Below are positions 63,162 to 64,000 of a stretch of DNA of 64,000 bases, piece by piece. Numbering within the stretch: the first letter of the stretch is position 1; each line of letters begins with the position of its first letter. The position numbers and the translations under genes were made by a program. Source of the DNA: an uncultured bacterium. Its GTDB lineage: Bacteria > Verrucomicrobiota > Verrucomicrobiia > Limisphaerales > UBA8199. The notes beneath the pieces were generated by a model. It saw only the letters and a list, made by a program, of their open reading frames with translations, searched no databases and was not told where the DNA came from. Location: contig CAVVMW010000007.1 in assembly GCA_963749495.1 (NCBI GenBank), positions 128,001 through 192,000 of the forward strand, written 5' to 3'.

Positions 63162-64000
63162 TCAGTCACCGGCGCCGAGAATCGCGTCCAGTTTGTCTTG
63201 CAACGCTTCAATTCTCTGCTTGAGGTCGGCTGCTCTGCGGAGTCGCTTTGCAGACAAGCCAATAGCGTGTGTCCATGGCGCGGCTTCATTTTTGGCTATA
63301 ATGGCACAAATCTTATGGATTGCCTCGCACTTCAGGCCCGCAGGTTGTCCTTTCCCCCCTCCGAAGTACGGGAAGCACTTCGTGACAATCAAACGGGACC
63401 GTTGAGGGCCGATGGCATGCGCGCCGTCGAAGATCCACCAATTCGGGGTCCGATTGTGATGCTCCTCAAAATAACGGCGCACTTTTTCTTGGAGTTGGGG
63501 CGACGCGATTGCTGGGGCTACCGGGCCATCCTCGCACAGAAGGTCAAAAACCTTGAGCGGGACAAAGACGATCCGTGCGGTGCTAAGCCAGAGCCTCAAC
63601 TTCTGACGATGTCGCCTCTGCTCAGCAGGGAATTTCCGGTGCAGGTCTGGTTGCACGAACGGACCTATCGGCTCTCCTCGGAAAAGCCGCAAAAACTGCG
63701 CCTTTCGGATTTCTCGTGTGTTTCCAGTTGTCGGCCAGCACAGCAACTCGACAAAAGCGCACTTCCGATGAACATCCGGAAAACCGCGCTCGGCTAGGCA
63801 ACGAAACAGCGGGGCGAAAGTTTCGTTGTGAAATTTCCAGCCGGGGCCTTTCCGGCGAGGCGCTGGACGAGGCCAGATTGCCAGGCAGGCGGGATGGTGG
63901 ACGTGATTCACCAAATGCGGATCGAACGGACTCCCAGTTCTGGTTTCCGTTCAGATAACCAGTCAAAAGAGGCCAGATGGGATGATGCACGTTGAAACCC
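63162..64000 (-). CDS. Hypothetical protein, probably frameshifted near 63915 and possibly starting beyond the window
   Basis: 250-aa frame with VHHP and FVELLCWPTTG; protein-like upstream frame. Confidence 0.45.

Overview
High-GC bacterial chromosomal segment. Gene content (Tat-exported Gfo/Idh/MocA oxidoreductases, futalosine-pathway mqnD) and the intergenic repeat style suggest a Verrucomicrobiota/PVC organism (inference). The housekeeping backbone includes a wecA-like transferase, cutC, tRNA-Val(CAC), HU, nagB, a cls-like PLD, proC, tyrA, a degP-like protease, an Rrf2 regulator, an ECF sigma/anti-sigma pair, rpsO-pnp, mqnD and ltaE. Accessory DNA comprises: (i) a 3.8-8.9 kb block with a Cas4/RecB-like + DnaQ-like exonuclease + IS66 transposase fusion and a decayed AbiE pair; (ii) a five-gene PspA(ESCRT-III-like)/OmpA-fused ABC operon at 18.5-24.2 kb; (iii) several small TA-like modules or orphan antitoxins; (iv) the left end of a lower-GC island from about 57 kb. 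Other notable items are a PNPase with a ~300-aa Gly/Arg/Asp/Glu repeat tail, a small membrane protein carrying the ParB-type LGRGL peptide, and many REP-like palindromes and short tandem repeats, some nested. About ten otherwise intact genes carry single frameshifts, probably sequencing indels, so pseudogene calls need caution. No CRISPR array or rRNA was seen. All family assignments come from motif recognition by eye, not database searches.
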